From: an uncultured delta proteobacterium
Lineage (GTDB): Bacteria; Desulfobacterota; SM23-61
Reading direction: 5' to 3'
Assembly (NCBI GenBank): GCA_963712535.1
Contig: CAVQIK010000019.1
Location: 44,791 to 108,790 of the forward strand
Length of the DNA: 64,000 nt
The notes under the pieces are model-generated. The model was given only the letters and a program-made list of their open reading frames with translations, was not told where the DNA came from and did not search any database. Made by a program: the position numbers and the translations under genes. Below are positions 19,739-29,431 of this stretch, in pieces. Every line of letters begins with the position of its first letter. Position 1 is the first letter of the stretch.

Positions 19739-21481
19739 ATGGCGCAGTTTGATATGTTGATTAAGAACGGCACGCTGATCGACGGCTCCGGGGATCCGAT
19801 GTTCAAAGCCAATGTCGGAATTCTGTGCGGGAAAATCGCGGCCATCGGCCCGGAGGTGAGCGGGTCGGCGGATAAGGTCGTCGACGCCCGGGGCCTTTAT
19901 GTGAGCCCGGGTTTTATCGATAACCACGCCCACTCCGATTGGTCCATCCTGGTTCACCCCACCGGGGACAGCAAAATATTGCAGGGCGTGACCACGGAAT
20001 TCAACGGCCTTTGCGGATATGCGGCAGCCCCCATCCGCAAAGAAGAGTGGTATAAGCTCCTGTATGTAAGGATGACCGTGGGCTGGTCCATGCACTATAC
20101 GGCCGCTGCTTATAACTCCTGGCCGCTCCCTTACGGTCAGGAAATTGAGGTAGATTGGTCCTCGATGAAAGAGTACCTGGACCGGGTGGAAGAAACCGGT
20201 GTAGGGTTGAATTACGGCATGCTCTTTGGCCATGGGGCCATTCGTTACTGGACCATGGGGTTGGAAGCGCGTCAGGCCAATGAGGAAGAACTCGATCATA
20301 TGAAAAAAGTGGCCGACCAGGCCATGAAAGAAGGGGCTTTCGGCATATCGACCGGGCTCACAGGCTGCCCCGGCTGCTGGGCGTCCACCCGGGAAATCAT
20401 CGAACTCTGCAAAGTGGTCGCCCGGTACGACGGCGTCTATATGCCTCACCAAAGGCGTGGCGAGTATGGGGGGCAAGGCGGGGTCGTCCCGCTTAAAGAA
20501 ACCATTGAAATCGCCGAGAAGGCCAAGATCCGCACGGTTGCGTCCCACAGTCGTATTGACGCGAATATTCTGAAAATGCTGAACGAGGCCCGCGAACGGG
20601 GGATTGACGTCGCCTTTGACATGTATCCCTATCCGGGTTCGATTGCCGGGAATATTGTATATATGATTCCCCACTGGTTGACCCGGCACAGGGATGAGGG
20701 ATTTGATTTCATCATCGAACAGCTGAAGCGTCCCGAAATCCGGGAAAGGTTCAAAAACCAGGATTACCCGGGGTGGATCGCAACCACCCGGTCCATTCCC
20801 GGGACCGTTGACTTTCAACCCGAAGCCGGGGCGATTCCGGCGTGGGACAAGATGCAGCTGCAAAAGGTTTGGACCCGGAAGAATAAGAAGTACACCGGGA
20901 AGACCTTCAAAGAAATTGCCGCCATGCGGCAAGTGGACCCCTGGACGGCCTGGTTCGACATTATCTGCGATGAAAAGGGGTATGCCCGGTGGTTGAATTT
21001 TTCGGGATCGGGGAGCTTGGAGGATATGTACAACCCGACGTATGAAGAAACTCTGAAAGTTCCTTATGGCTCTATTGAGTCAGATAGCCCGATTTCCTCC
21101 CTTCGCGGCGTTACTCTGTCTTCTGTTGACCCACGAGCCTATGGGACATTTCCCCTGGTCCTGTCGGAATACGTGCGGAAACGGAAAGTCCTCTCCTGGG
21201 AAAGAGCCATCCAGCAAATGACCTCCAATCCGGCCAAAACGGTCGGGCTCAAGGAACGGGGCCTCCTCAGAAAGGGGTATTGTGCCGACGTGTGCATATT
21301 CAACCCCGAAACGGTAAGCCATCGGGCCAATTGGAAGAATGCCCTGGAGCTATCCATGGGCATCAACCATAACATTTATCCCGAGGGGATCGAATATACG
21401 ATCGTGAATGGTGTGGTAGTCAACGATCGCGGAATGATCACCGGCGCCCGGCCAGGCAAAGTGCTCCGGCATAATGGATAA
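19739..21481 (+). CDS. N-acyl-D-amino-acid deacylase (D-aminoacylase) family amidohydrolase
   Basis: ATG 19739 is preceded by AGGAGGAGAGG. MAQFDMLIKNGTLIDGSG...GFIDNHAHSD (HxH metal site) and the roughly 580-aa length are typical of the family. Confidence 0.8.
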   Translation: MAQFDMLIKNGTLIDGSGDPMFKANVGILCGKIAAIGPEVSGSADKVVDARGLYVSPGFIDNHAHSDWSILVHPTGDSKILQGVTTEFNGLCGYAAAPIRKEEWYKLLYVRMTVGWSMHYTAAAYNSWPLPYGQEIEVDWSSMKEYLDRVEETGVGLNYGMLFGHGAIRYWTMGLEARQANEEELDHMKKVADQAMKEGAFGISTGLTGCPGCWASTREIIELCKVVARYDGVYMPHQRRGEYGGQGGVVPLKETIEIAEKAKIRTVASHSRIDANILKMLNEARERGIDVAFDMYPYPGSIAGNIVYMIPHWLTRHRDEGFDFIIEQLKRPEIRERFKNQDYPGWIATTRSIPGTVDFQPEAGAIPAWDKMQLQKVWTRKNKKYTGKTFKEIAAMRQVDPWTAWFDIICDEKGYARWLNFSGSGSLEDMYNPTYEETLKVPYGSIESDSPISSLRGVTLSSVDPRAYGTFPLVLSEYVRKRKVLSWERAIQQMTSNPAKTVGLKERGLLRKGYCADVCIFNPETVSHRANWKNALELSMGINHNIYPEGIEYTIVNGVVVNDRGMITGARPGKVLRHNG

Positions 21482-21589
21482 GAAAGTGTCGGAGGGGGTC
21501 GTGAGGGTGAGGAGAATAAAACTGTAACTCGAAACAGCCGATGCGACGGTCGTCGCCAACCGGTCGGCGGCCCATTTTAAGGAGGAGCC

Positions 21590-22300
21590 GTGAAAATTCT
21601 CTGGGTTGCTCCGATCACGGGAACGGATCCGGCCCGATTGGAGCATTTAAAGGATCTTCTTAAAAAGTATACTTTCCCGGGAACGGAAGTCATCGTTCGG
21701 AAGGTGATCCGGGGGACCGAGTCCATCGAATCCCGCCTTGACGAAGTCTACGCTGCGCCGGCCATCCTGGATGAAATACAAAAAGGGGAAAAGGAAGGCT
21801 TTGATGCCTGCATTATCGGCTGCGCCGGGGACGCCGGCGTTGCCGTGGCCAAGGATGTGGCCCGAATCCCGGTCATCGGTCCGCTGGAAGCCTCGATTTC
21901 AATGGCCCAGATCCTTGGAAGAAAAATCGTTTTCCTGTGGACCTTGCCGGAGAGAATCCGCTCCGTGGAGGACCGGGTGGCTCGTTTTCTGCCTCGGACC
22001 GATTTTTTCATTTACCCGACGCATATCCCCGTTTTGGAGATGGCCAAAGACGTCGATAAAACAATCGCCACTCTGGTAAGGATCATCAAGAAATCGATTG
22101 AGCAGGACAGGGCAGACACAGCGGTCTTGGGGTGCCTGAGTATGCGGGGAATGGCCGGTCCCGTGCAGGCGGAAGTCAAGATTCCGGTGATCGACCCCAG
22201 CCTTGCGGCTCTCACCCTGGCCCAATCCCTCGTTCAGATGAAGCTCACCCAATCGAAAGGGGCGTATCCGTTTCCGCAGGAAAAGAAGCGTTCTCTCTGA
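21590..22300 (+). CDS. Asp/Glu/hydantoin racemase family protein
   Basis: 236 aa with two Cys-containing motifs (IIGCAGD and AVLGCLSM), as in hydantoin racemase-type enzymes. Confidence 0.75.
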   Translation: MKILWVAPITGTDPARLEHLKDLLKKYTFPGTEVIVRKVIRGTESIESRLDEVYAAPAILDEIQKGEKEGFDACIIGCAGDAGVAVAKDVARIPVIGPLEASISMAQILGRKIVFLWTLPERIRSVEDRVARFLPRTDFFIYPTHIPVLEMAKDVDKTIATLVRIIKKSIEQDRADTAVLGCLSMRGMAGPVQAEVKIPVIDPSLAALTLAQSLVQMKLTQSKGAYPFPQEKKRSL

Positions 22301-22422
22301 CCAACCGAGCACCGCTTTTCCCATCTTCCTGGGTTCTTCTTCTGAATCACCGATCACCCGTCAGTCGCATCTGTCTATTCCAATGAGAGGCAACCAACGA
22401 ACAGCGATATGGGAGAGAGGGC

Positions 22423-24165
22423 ATGATCGAGAAGAGTGAAATTCGAGACGGGATGCGAATAGACTGGGATGTTCCGATCCCTATGGATGATGGCCTGGTG
22501 CTTCGGGCGGATATTTACCGTTCTCCGCAAGAAGGCAAGGATCCCGTGATCCTGAGCTACGGCCCCTATGCAAAAGGCCTCGCCTTCCAGGAAGGGTACC
22601 CCGATCAGTGGGGGAGGATGGCGGCCCAGCACCCGGATGTGACCGAAGGTTCGACCAACAAGTACCAGAATTGGGAGGCGGCCGATCCGGAGAAATGGGT
22701 GCCGGATGGGTACGTCTGTGTGCGAGTCGATTCCCGCGGTTGTGGCCGGTCGCGAGGATATATCGACCCATTCTCCCCGAGAGAGACCCGCGATTTTTAC
22801 CTCTGCATCGAGTGGGCGGGCACCCAGCCCTGGAGCAACGGCAAGGTCGGCCTGCTGGGAATCTCCTATTATGCGATCAATCAATGGCATGTGGCTTCCT
22901 TGCAGCCGCCTCATCTCGCCGCCATGATCCCCTGGGAGGGGGCCGCGGATTGGTACCGGGACATGACCTACCATGGGGGAATCCTGTGCACCTTCTGGGC
23001 GAACTGGTTCAAGAAGCAGGTAATGACGGTACAGCACGGCCTTGGAAAGAAAGGTTACGTCAACCCCAACACGGGCGAGCTTGCCTCCGGTCCTGAAACA
23101 TTGCCGGATGAGGAGCTGGCTCGGAACCGGACGGACCTTGGCGCGGCGATCAAGAGTCATCCGTTAGATGACTCATATCACCGTGATCGCTCCCCCATCT
23201 GGTCGAAGATAACCGTTCCCTTCCTCTCTTCGGCAAACTGGGGAGGGCAGGGGCTTCATCCGCGAGGCAACTTCGAGGGATTTACGCAGGCGGCCTCGAA
23301 GGAGAAGTGGCTTGAGGTTCATGGGCTGGAGCACTGGACCGAGTTCTACACCCGGTACGGCGTGACCTTGCAGAAGCGATTCTTCGATCATTTTCTGAAG
23401 GGCCTGGACAACGGCTGGAAGAATCAGCCGAGAGTGCAGCTACAGGTCCGGCGAACGGATGGTTTCGTCCAGCGGACCGAGAATGAGTGGCCCCTGGCGC
23501 GTACCCGCTGGACCCGGTTCTACCTCGATCCCGGTAACCGAACCCTCAACGCGAATCCGGTAAAGACCGCGGGCAGCATCGAATATGAGGGTTTAGGGGA
23601 TGGTATCACCTTCCTCTCTCCTCCGCTGAAGGAAGGGATCGAGATCACCGGGCCCCTTGCCGCCAAGGTCTTCCTGTCTTCTTCCACGACGGATGCCGAC
23701 CTTTTCGCGGTGTTCCGAGTTTTTGCTCCCGATGGAAAGGAGTTGGTCTATCAGGGGGCGCTGGACCCCCACACGCCCATCGGGCAGGGATGGCTCCGGG
23801 CTTCCCACCGGAAACTCGATCCCCGCCTCAGCACCGAGTACCGGCCCTATCATCCCCATGATGAAGTGGAGCCAGTAACGCCCGGGAAAGTTTACGGGCT
23901 GAATGTGGAGATCTGGCCGACATGTGTGGTGGTCCCCGCAGGATACCGGATCGGCTTGACCCTCCGCGGCAAAGACTATGAATATCCCGGTGAGGGGATA
24001 CGCATCCAATCTTTCGTAAACGAGCTGAAGGGGTGCGGCCCCTTCCTCCACAACGATCCAGAGGACAGGCCCGAAGCCCTGTTCGGCGGGAAGAACACCC
24101 TCCACGCAGGGGGGAAAAACTCTTCCTTTGTGCTTGTTCCCATCATTCCCTCCAAAAATGTCTGA
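22423..24165 (+). CDS. CocE/NonD family hydrolase (X-Pro dipeptidyl-peptidase S15 family)
   Basis: 580 aa. Nucleophile elbow GISYYA, RVDSRGCGRS block, and a C-terminal beta-domain of the length expected for CocE/NonD proteins. Confidence 0.8.
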   Translation: MIEKSEIRDGMRIDWDVPIPMDDGLVLRADIYRSPQEGKDPVILSYGPYAKGLAFQEGYPDQWGRMAAQHPDVTEGSTNKYQNWEAADPEKWVPDGYVCVRVDSRGCGRSRGYIDPFSPRETRDFYLCIEWAGTQPWSNGKVGLLGISYYAINQWHVASLQPPHLAAMIPWEGAADWYRDMTYHGGILCTFWANWFKKQVMTVQHGLGKKGYVNPNTGELASGPETLPDEELARNRTDLGAAIKSHPLDDSYHRDRSPIWSKITVPFLSSANWGGQGLHPRGNFEGFTQAASKEKWLEVHGLEHWTEFYTRYGVTLQKRFFDHFLKGLDNGWKNQPRVQLQVRRTDGFVQRTENEWPLARTRWTRFYLDPGNRTLNANPVKTAGSIEYEGLGDGITFLSPPLKEGIEITGPLAAKVFLSSSTTDADLFAVFRVFAPDGKELVYQGALDPHTPIGQGWLRASHRKLDPRLSTEYRPYHPHDEVEPVTPGKVYGLNVEIWPTCVVVPAGYRIGLTLRGKDYEYPGEGIRIQSFVNELKGCGPFLHNDPEDRPEALFGGKNTLHAGGKNSSFVLVPIIPSKNV

Positions 24166-24264
24166 ATGGTTTCTTAAGACGAGATCCGGACGGAGCAAAT
24201 AGCCCTGCCTGATTTGGTAGGCGCGAGACCTCTCCCACGACAAGACGACGGGATCATTTTCCTG

Positions 24265-24293
24265 TTGACAACGAATTTCAGACATACTATGAA
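24265..24293 (+). promoter_or_regulatory. Candidate sigma70-type promoter upstream of the GntR-family gene
   Basis: TTGACA (24265-24270), 17-nt spacer, TATGAA (24288-24293). Confidence 0.3.
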
Positions 24294-24305
24294 GAAGGCC
24301 TGAAT

Positions 24306-24316
24306 TGGTCCAACCA
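24306..24316. promoter_or_regulatory. Candidate GntR/FadR-type operator TGGT-N3-ACCA
   Basis: TGGTCCAACCA palindrome lying just downstream of the candidate -10 box and upstream of the GntR-family CDS. It fits the T.GT-N(0-3)-AC.A pattern known for GntR-family operators. Confidence 0.3.
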
Positions 24317-24482
24317 TTGAATCATTCGATCAATTGAAGGAAGCTCCTTTCGAACAATTCTTCCGGCGTAACCGCGAAGGCCTCGAAAAGGCGCAGGTGA
24401 CAAAGTGAATCAGGCCGTTTCTCCCCGATCTCCTTTTGCCCCGCTGCGCTCCCCCCGACAAAGCCCGGATATCGAGAATGGG

Positions 24483-25202
24483 ATGATGCTGAAGCCGATC
24501 CGACGGGTTCGGCTGTATGAAAACGCGGTAGAACAGATTCAAACCCTCATCCTCAGCAAAAAATACGAGCCGGGAGACCGGCTGCCTTCCGAGCGGAGCC
24601 TGGCCGAACAGTTTCGCATCAGCCGGCATTCCCTGCGGGAGGCGCTTCGGATTTTGGATGTGACCGGCCTGATCGAAATCAGAGTGGGTGACGGGATCTA
24701 TGTAAAGGAAGTGGATTTCCTCCCCTACATTGAATCCCTGAATCTTTCGATCCGCTCCAGGCTGGAAATAGAGCGGGACACCTTTGTCAAACTCTGGGGG
24801 GCCCGAAAAATCCTGGAGATGGGTATGGTGGATCTCGCTGCCAAAAAGGTCAGCGAGCCATTTCTGAAAAGCCTTTGGTGGTGCATCGAGGAGATGAAGA
24901 GGAACATTGACTATCAGGACGGCTTCATCTCCGCGGGCATCCGATTTCACCGGCTGATCGCAGAGATCGCGCAGAATGAGATTTTGATCCTGATATGGGA
25001 TCTGCTCGCCAACCTCATGCGAAAGAGCCAGAGCAAGATTTACGGCATTCCCTGGTCGCCGAAGAAGGCCCTGGCCGCCCACAAGAAGATTTACCTTGCC
25101 CTGAAAGCCAAAGAACCGCGAAAAGCGGTGGAAGCCATGAAACGGCACATGCTGGACGAGGAGAGGGCCCTGGTGGCCTCGCTGGAAAAGAAAAGGACTT
25201 GA
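24483..25202 (+). CDS. GntR family transcriptional regulator, FadR (FCD) subfamily
   Basis: Winged-helix region LPSERSLAEQFRISRHSLREALRIL followed by an all-helical C-terminal domain. I prefer the ATG at 24483 over the track start at 24405. Confidence 0.85.
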   Translation: MMLKPIRRVRLYENAVEQIQTLILSKKYEPGDRLPSERSLAEQFRISRHSLREALRILDVTGLIEIRVGDGIYVKEVDFLPYIESLNLSIRSRLEIERDTFVKLWGARKILEMGMVDLAAKKVSEPFLKSLWWCIEEMKRNIDYQDGFISAGIRFHRLIAEIAQNEILILIWDLLANLMRKSQSKIYGIPWSPKKALAAHKKIYLALKAKEPRKAVEAMKRHMLDEERALVASLEKKRT

Positions 25203-25237
25203 GTGCGGCCCAAGCTGCCTGCCGCCGGCTAGATGAC

Positions 25238-26040
25238 TTAGCAGCTCTTGGGGAACTCACCCCGTGGATAACCGGGTGTTAGGGCTTGAAGAAGCCCGTG
25301 CGTCGTCGTACTGATCAGATTGAATCGTCTCAGGCTACAACGGTCGGCCTCGCCAATTTTGCGTGATAAAGGAAAACATCGGTGCTCATCGTCCACTTGC
25401 TCGTGCCCGGGGGAGTGACTGACCTGGATGGCAGTCCGTCCTATCCGCCAAACGCTGACAGCCGATTTTCCACCAGCGCGAGCGACTGCTGTTGCTACCC
25501 CCTGCGTCCGCCAGGATCAGCAATTCCTTGGCCTGGGCGTAGGTTCCCTCCCCATCTGTTTCCACCAGGCAGGATACTGTCGATGGCAAATCCGCCGTGT
25601 CGTGTCAATCCCCACACTGACCAACACTATGTCTCCAACGTCATATATGCCGTAGGGAATGACTTACCCAGTTCCTGATCTTCAAAATCGTGCACCCTCG
25701 TTTCCGGGGGACTCCCCTGGGGATACCATTCCCGGCCTCCACTGAGTGCCAACCAACTGCTTCTTGGTCTACCGACATGACCGGTTGACCTCGCCGCTGA
25801 AACGCCTGGCTGAGCATTGATATACCAAACTGCGCATTCCGATCCGGATGCTGCGTGCCCTCAATCGTCTTGGCATTCCCCTGAAGGCGTACTGCATCTT
25901 ATGCAACAGGTCGGCCACCTTGCGGTCGGCAATCCGGTATCCCGCCCGTTGCAGCTCCACGGCCAAGCGCCGCGACTCTTGCACGTCCATCGCAAGGGAG
26001 ACCGGGTCCCGCGGGTCGGCTCACAATCGTCCAGCGCTTA
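25238..26040 (-). pseudogene. ISAzo13-family transposase relic, 5'-truncated with multiple frameshifts
   Basis: Minus-strand fragments in three frames: EPTRGTRSPLRWT, GNAKTIEGTQHPDRNAQF, QPVMSVD, VHDFEDQELGKSFPYGIYD, SVGIDT, LILADAGGSNSSRSRWWK, PGHEQVDDEHR (compare PPGTSKWNKIEHR), LISTTTHGL, YPRG. The order is colinear with ISAzo13-type DDE transposases. Confidence 0.55.
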
Positions 26041-26125
26041 GAGCAGGGGGAAGAACGGCGGGGGAGGGGGGGGGGGGGGGGGGGGAGAGGGGAGGAGAAG
26101 AGGGGGAGGGGGGAGGGAGGAGGGG
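26041..26125 (+). repeat. Polypurine low-complexity tract containing a G20 homopolymer
   Basis: 85 nt that are almost only G and A, with 20 consecutive G at 26066-26085. It abuts the truncated 5' end of the IS relic. Confidence 0.9.
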
Positions 26126-26234
26126 CTAAGTGGGCATTTCCATAAATATCGTATCGTATTTTTTCGCTTAAAAGGGTTCACAGTACGGCAGAGTCAGAGA
26201 CAAGCAAATGGAGTTCCTTGATACGTCCCTTCCA

Positions 26235-26281
26235 GAAATCCCCCCCGCCCCCCTTTATCAAAGGGGGGAAGGGGGGATTTC
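26235..26281. repeat. Family P C/G-tract palindrome, singlet (copy 4)
   Basis: GAAATCCCCCCCGCCCCCCTTTATCAAAGGGGGGAAGGGGGGATTTC. Confidence 0.9.
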
Positions 26282-26490
26282 TGAGGCTTGTTCTCATGGC
26301 CAGGGTTTCCTTTTTCCAAACTTCAAGAGCCTGCAACATAGTACAGAAGCAGGCCGCTGCGTAACCTGAATACGTTAGTGAATTTATGAACTACTGTACT
26401 AAGACGGTATCACCCCCACCCTGCGCCTCCCCCGTCAAGGAGGAGGGAATTTCGGGTTTTCGGGTGAAACTAAATTCAAAAAAGGAGGAA

Positions 26491-27759
26491 ATGATTATGG
26501 TGAAGGATCTGTCCTTTATCGGCCGGCCGCATGAGTACGACCCACGACGCGTTTACTCCCTCACGGGCGCGGATTGGCAGGACCGGGTCAATTTTGACCG
26601 GCTCCGCAAGGAACGTCTTGCTCGAGCCAAGGAGCAGATGGAGATTCATGATCTGGGCGCCCTGGTGGTTTATGATGGAGCAAACGTCCGTTATCTCACC
26701 AGCTCTTTCCAGGGAAACTGGAAGTACAACATCTTTATCCGGTACGCCGTCCTTCCCCGGGGGGGAGAGCCCATCCTGTTCGAAACCGCCGGGTCTGACA
26801 TGGAGTGCGCGAAGATCGACCTCCCCTGGATGGAGGGCAGGATTCGCCCGGCCATCACCTGGAAATGGTCCGAGGGAGCGGTGGATTACATGGTGGACCG
26901 GATGGCCGACAGCGTCATCGAAGTCCTGAAGGAGCATGAGGTTTCGAAAGAGAGGATCGGGATCGATTCTCTCGACATGGCTTCCCTGGCTGCTTTTCAG
27001 AAGAAGAAGATCAACGTCGTGAATGCCTGGCCGGCCATGTCCGCGGCCCGGGTCGTCAAGACCCCGGATGAAATCGAACTCCTGAAACAGTCCGCGGCCA
27101 TTGCCGATGCTTGCATGTTCAAGGCCCGCCACGAATGGGCGAAGCCGGGGATCACCGAACGGGAGCTGTCCGGGAAGATGATCGAGTACATGTACGCCAA
27201 GGGCTGTGAAATCGTGTACGAGATCATCGTCGCTTCCGGCGGGAATACGAGTCCGTACCGGCGCTGGCCGACGGACAAGATGATCCGGCAGGGCGACCTC
27301 GTGATCATCGACAACAACACCGTCGGACCTTCCGGGTATTTCGTGGACTACGTGCGCTGCTTCAAGGTGGAAGCCAAGCCCACCCCGAAAGAGAAGGACC
27401 TCTACAAGGAGTGCTACGATTCCCTCATGGCCGCGATGGATATGATGAAGCCCGGCAATACGACGCGGGAAGTGGCCGAAAAGTTCCCGGTCTATGATGA
27501 CGACAAATACGGGACGGTGACGCTGCAGCAGTTCGCCCATTCCATCGGGCTCACGCTCTACGAGGGTATGTGGGTTTCGCGGGCCTATTCGATGAAGTAC
27601 CCTGCCGAGATCAAACCCAACATGTACTTCGCGGTTGAGACGTTCGCCGGGCATCCCTTGCTCGAGCAAACCGTCCGTTTGGAATGCGACCTGCTGGTTA
27701 CGGACAAAGGGCACGAGGTCTTCACGCTTTTCCCGTTCGAAGAAGACATGCTGAAGTGA
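26491..27759 (+). CDS. M24 family metallopeptidase (creatinase / Xaa-Pro aminopeptidase-like)
   Basis: ATG 26491 is preceded by AAAGGAGG. It has a creatinase/prolidase-type N-domain and a pita-bread C-domain (DLVIIDNNTVG..GYFVDYVRCF, HSIGL, E..E). Confidence 0.8.
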   Translation: MIMVKDLSFIGRPHEYDPRRVYSLTGADWQDRVNFDRLRKERLARAKEQMEIHDLGALVVYDGANVRYLTSSFQGNWKYNIFIRYAVLPRGGEPILFETAGSDMECAKIDLPWMEGRIRPAITWKWSEGAVDYMVDRMADSVIEVLKEHEVSKERIGIDSLDMASLAAFQKKKINVVNAWPAMSAARVVKTPDEIELLKQSAAIADACMFKARHEWAKPGITERELSGKMIEYMYAKGCEIVYEIIVASGGNTSPYRRWPTDKMIRQGDLVIIDNNTVGPSGYFVDYVRCFKVEAKPTPKEKDLYKECYDSLMAAMDMMKPGNTTREVAEKFPVYDDDKYGTVTLQQFAHSIGLTLYEGMWVSRAYSMKYPAEIKPNMYFAVETFAGHPLLEQTVRLECDLLVTDKGHEVFTLFPFEEDMLK

Positions 27760-27830
27760 GCCGGTTCGGAAGTACGACATGGCCGCAAAATCCATTAAGA
27801 TCAGCCGGACCCCTCTAGAATTCCCAGGCT

Positions 27831-27858
27831 GTAGGGGCGATTCATGAATCGCCCCTAC
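27831..27858. repeat. GTAGGGGC-type perfect hairpin (family E, copy 1)
   Basis: GTAGGGGCGATTCATGAATCGCCCCTAC, 72 nt after the M24 stop codon. No U-tract follows. Confidence 0.7.
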
Positions 27859-27938
27859 GAATCAGTCAAAAGATTTGTGTCGCTAGTATAAGTTCAGGTT
27901 CTCCAGGTTGGAAAATTTAGGAGAGGAGGGAAGGCACC

Positions 27939-29183
27939 ATGAAGAAAGGATTGCTGGCAGTCGTTTTCATCGTGGGCGTGCTGAGTCTCTTAATGGCCAG
28001 TCCATCGTCCTCGCTCGCCCAGGGGAAGGGCCCGATCAAGATCGGCTACATCTCGCCCCTTTCAGGGGGGATGGCGGCTAACGGGAAAGACATGCTCGCC
28101 GGGATTCAGCTCTATCTCGAAGAGATCGGGTACCAGGCAGCGGGCCGCAGGATCGAACTCATCGTGGAGGACGACGAGGCGAACCCGGCGACCGGGCTCA
28201 CCAAGACCCGAAAACTGGTGGAGAAGGACGGCGTTCACCTCATGACCGGGGGACTCATGGCTTCGACGGCTTACGCGCTGGCCCCCTACATCGACTCCAA
28301 AGAGATCCCCATGACCTATCCCATCATGTCGGCTGACGATATCACCCAGAGAAAAATTCCCAAGTGGATTGTCAGAACCGGTTGGTCGAGCAGCCAGCCC
28401 CACCAGCCTTTCGGCGAGTACGCTTACAACGTCCTCAAATTCCGGAAGGTCTCTGTGGTCGCCTACGATTTCGCCTTTGGCTGGGAGTGCGTGGGGGGGT
28501 TCCACAAGGTTTTCGAGGATGTGGGAGGAAAGGTCCTGCAGAAAATCTGGGTCCCTCTGACCGCGCAGGACATGAGCCCTTATCTTTCCCAAATTTCGAA
28601 GGACGCCGATGCCGTCTACGCGGTCTTCTCCGGCCGCCAGACGATGCAATTCATTAAGCAGTACCAGGAATTCGGCATGAAGGGGAAAATCCCGCTAATC
28701 GGCGGCGGAACGGCCACGGATGAACATGCGCTCCCCTCGATGGGGGACGAGGCCGTCGGAGTCATAACTCCGCTGCACTACAGTGAAGCCCTGGATACCC
28801 CGGCCAACAAGAGATTCGTCAAAGCCTTCCGGGAAAAGGCCAAGAAGGCGGCTTCCTACTACTCCGAGGGCACCTACACTGGAGCCAGGTGGATCGTCGA
28901 GGCTATTAAAGCCGTGAACGGCGACGTGGAGAATCGGGGGAAGCTCATCGAGGCATTAAAGAAAGTGGAGCTCAAGGACGTCCCCCGGGGGCCCATGAAG
29001 CTGGATAGCTACGGGAACCCGATTCAGAACATCTATGTCCGGAAGGTGGAGAAAGCTGGGGCAGAGCTTCAGAACACCGTGATTCACACCTATTCAAACG
29101 TCTCTCAGTTCTGGAACTCCAAACCCGAGGAATTCCTGAGGCATCCGGTCTATTCGCGGGAATATCCACCGCTGAAACCTTAG
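27939..29183 (+). CDS. ABC transporter substrate-binding protein (LIV-binding family), set 2
   Basis: 414 aa with a signal peptide and the IKIGYISPLSGG type I PBP start. Confidence 0.85.
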   Translation: MKKGLLAVVFIVGVLSLLMASPSSSLAQGKGPIKIGYISPLSGGMAANGKDMLAGIQLYLEEIGYQAAGRRIELIVEDDEANPATGLTKTRKLVEKDGVHLMTGGLMASTAYALAPYIDSKEIPMTYPIMSADDITQRKIPKWIVRTGWSSSQPHQPFGEYAYNVLKFRKVSVVAYDFAFGWECVGGFHKVFEDVGGKVLQKIWVPLTAQDMSPYLSQISKDADAVYAVFSGRQTMQFIKQYQEFGMKGKIPLIGGGTATDEHALPSMGDEAVGVITPLHYSEALDTPANKRFVKAFREKAKKAASYYSEGTYTGARWIVEAIKAVNGDVENRGKLIEALKKVELKDVPRGPMKLDSYGNPIQNIYVRKVEKAGAELQNTVIHTYSNVSQFWNSKPEEFLRHPVYSREYPPLKP

Positions 29184-29431
29184 CGCAAAGAACATGTCCA
29201 CAACCATGGGTCCTCGCGGTCGGGGTCGGAATCGGGTTCGCTTTTCGATTCCGATACCGACCCCGAAACCGAATAAACCGGGAGCATTACCTGCAAGAAT
29301 GGTGAATAAGGAAGTCATGGATGGTTGACTACCGGGCCTATATGCCTTGATTCAGAATTTTTCGGGCAAACCCCTCCTCTTCGCTTTACGGGGAAGGGGA
29401 GGGATGCCGATGAGGCGGGCGAGGGAATTCT

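Noticed and set aside
25848-26129. ORF ending in a poly-Gly/Glu tail
   Set aside because: The tail is just the translation of the polypurine/G20 tract. The upstream part is antisense to the transposase relic.
26476-27795. Long antisense ORFs opposite recognised genes (for example 26476..27795, 6285..7244, 13336..14358, 19736..20932, 35619..36734, 40951..42036, 43821..44903, 54023..55273, all minus strand)
   Set aside because: The translations are Arg/Gly/Pro/His-rich low-complexity strings with no family motifs. Each lies exactly opposite a CDS with clear family signatures. This is typical shadow-ORF behaviour in GC-rich DNA.
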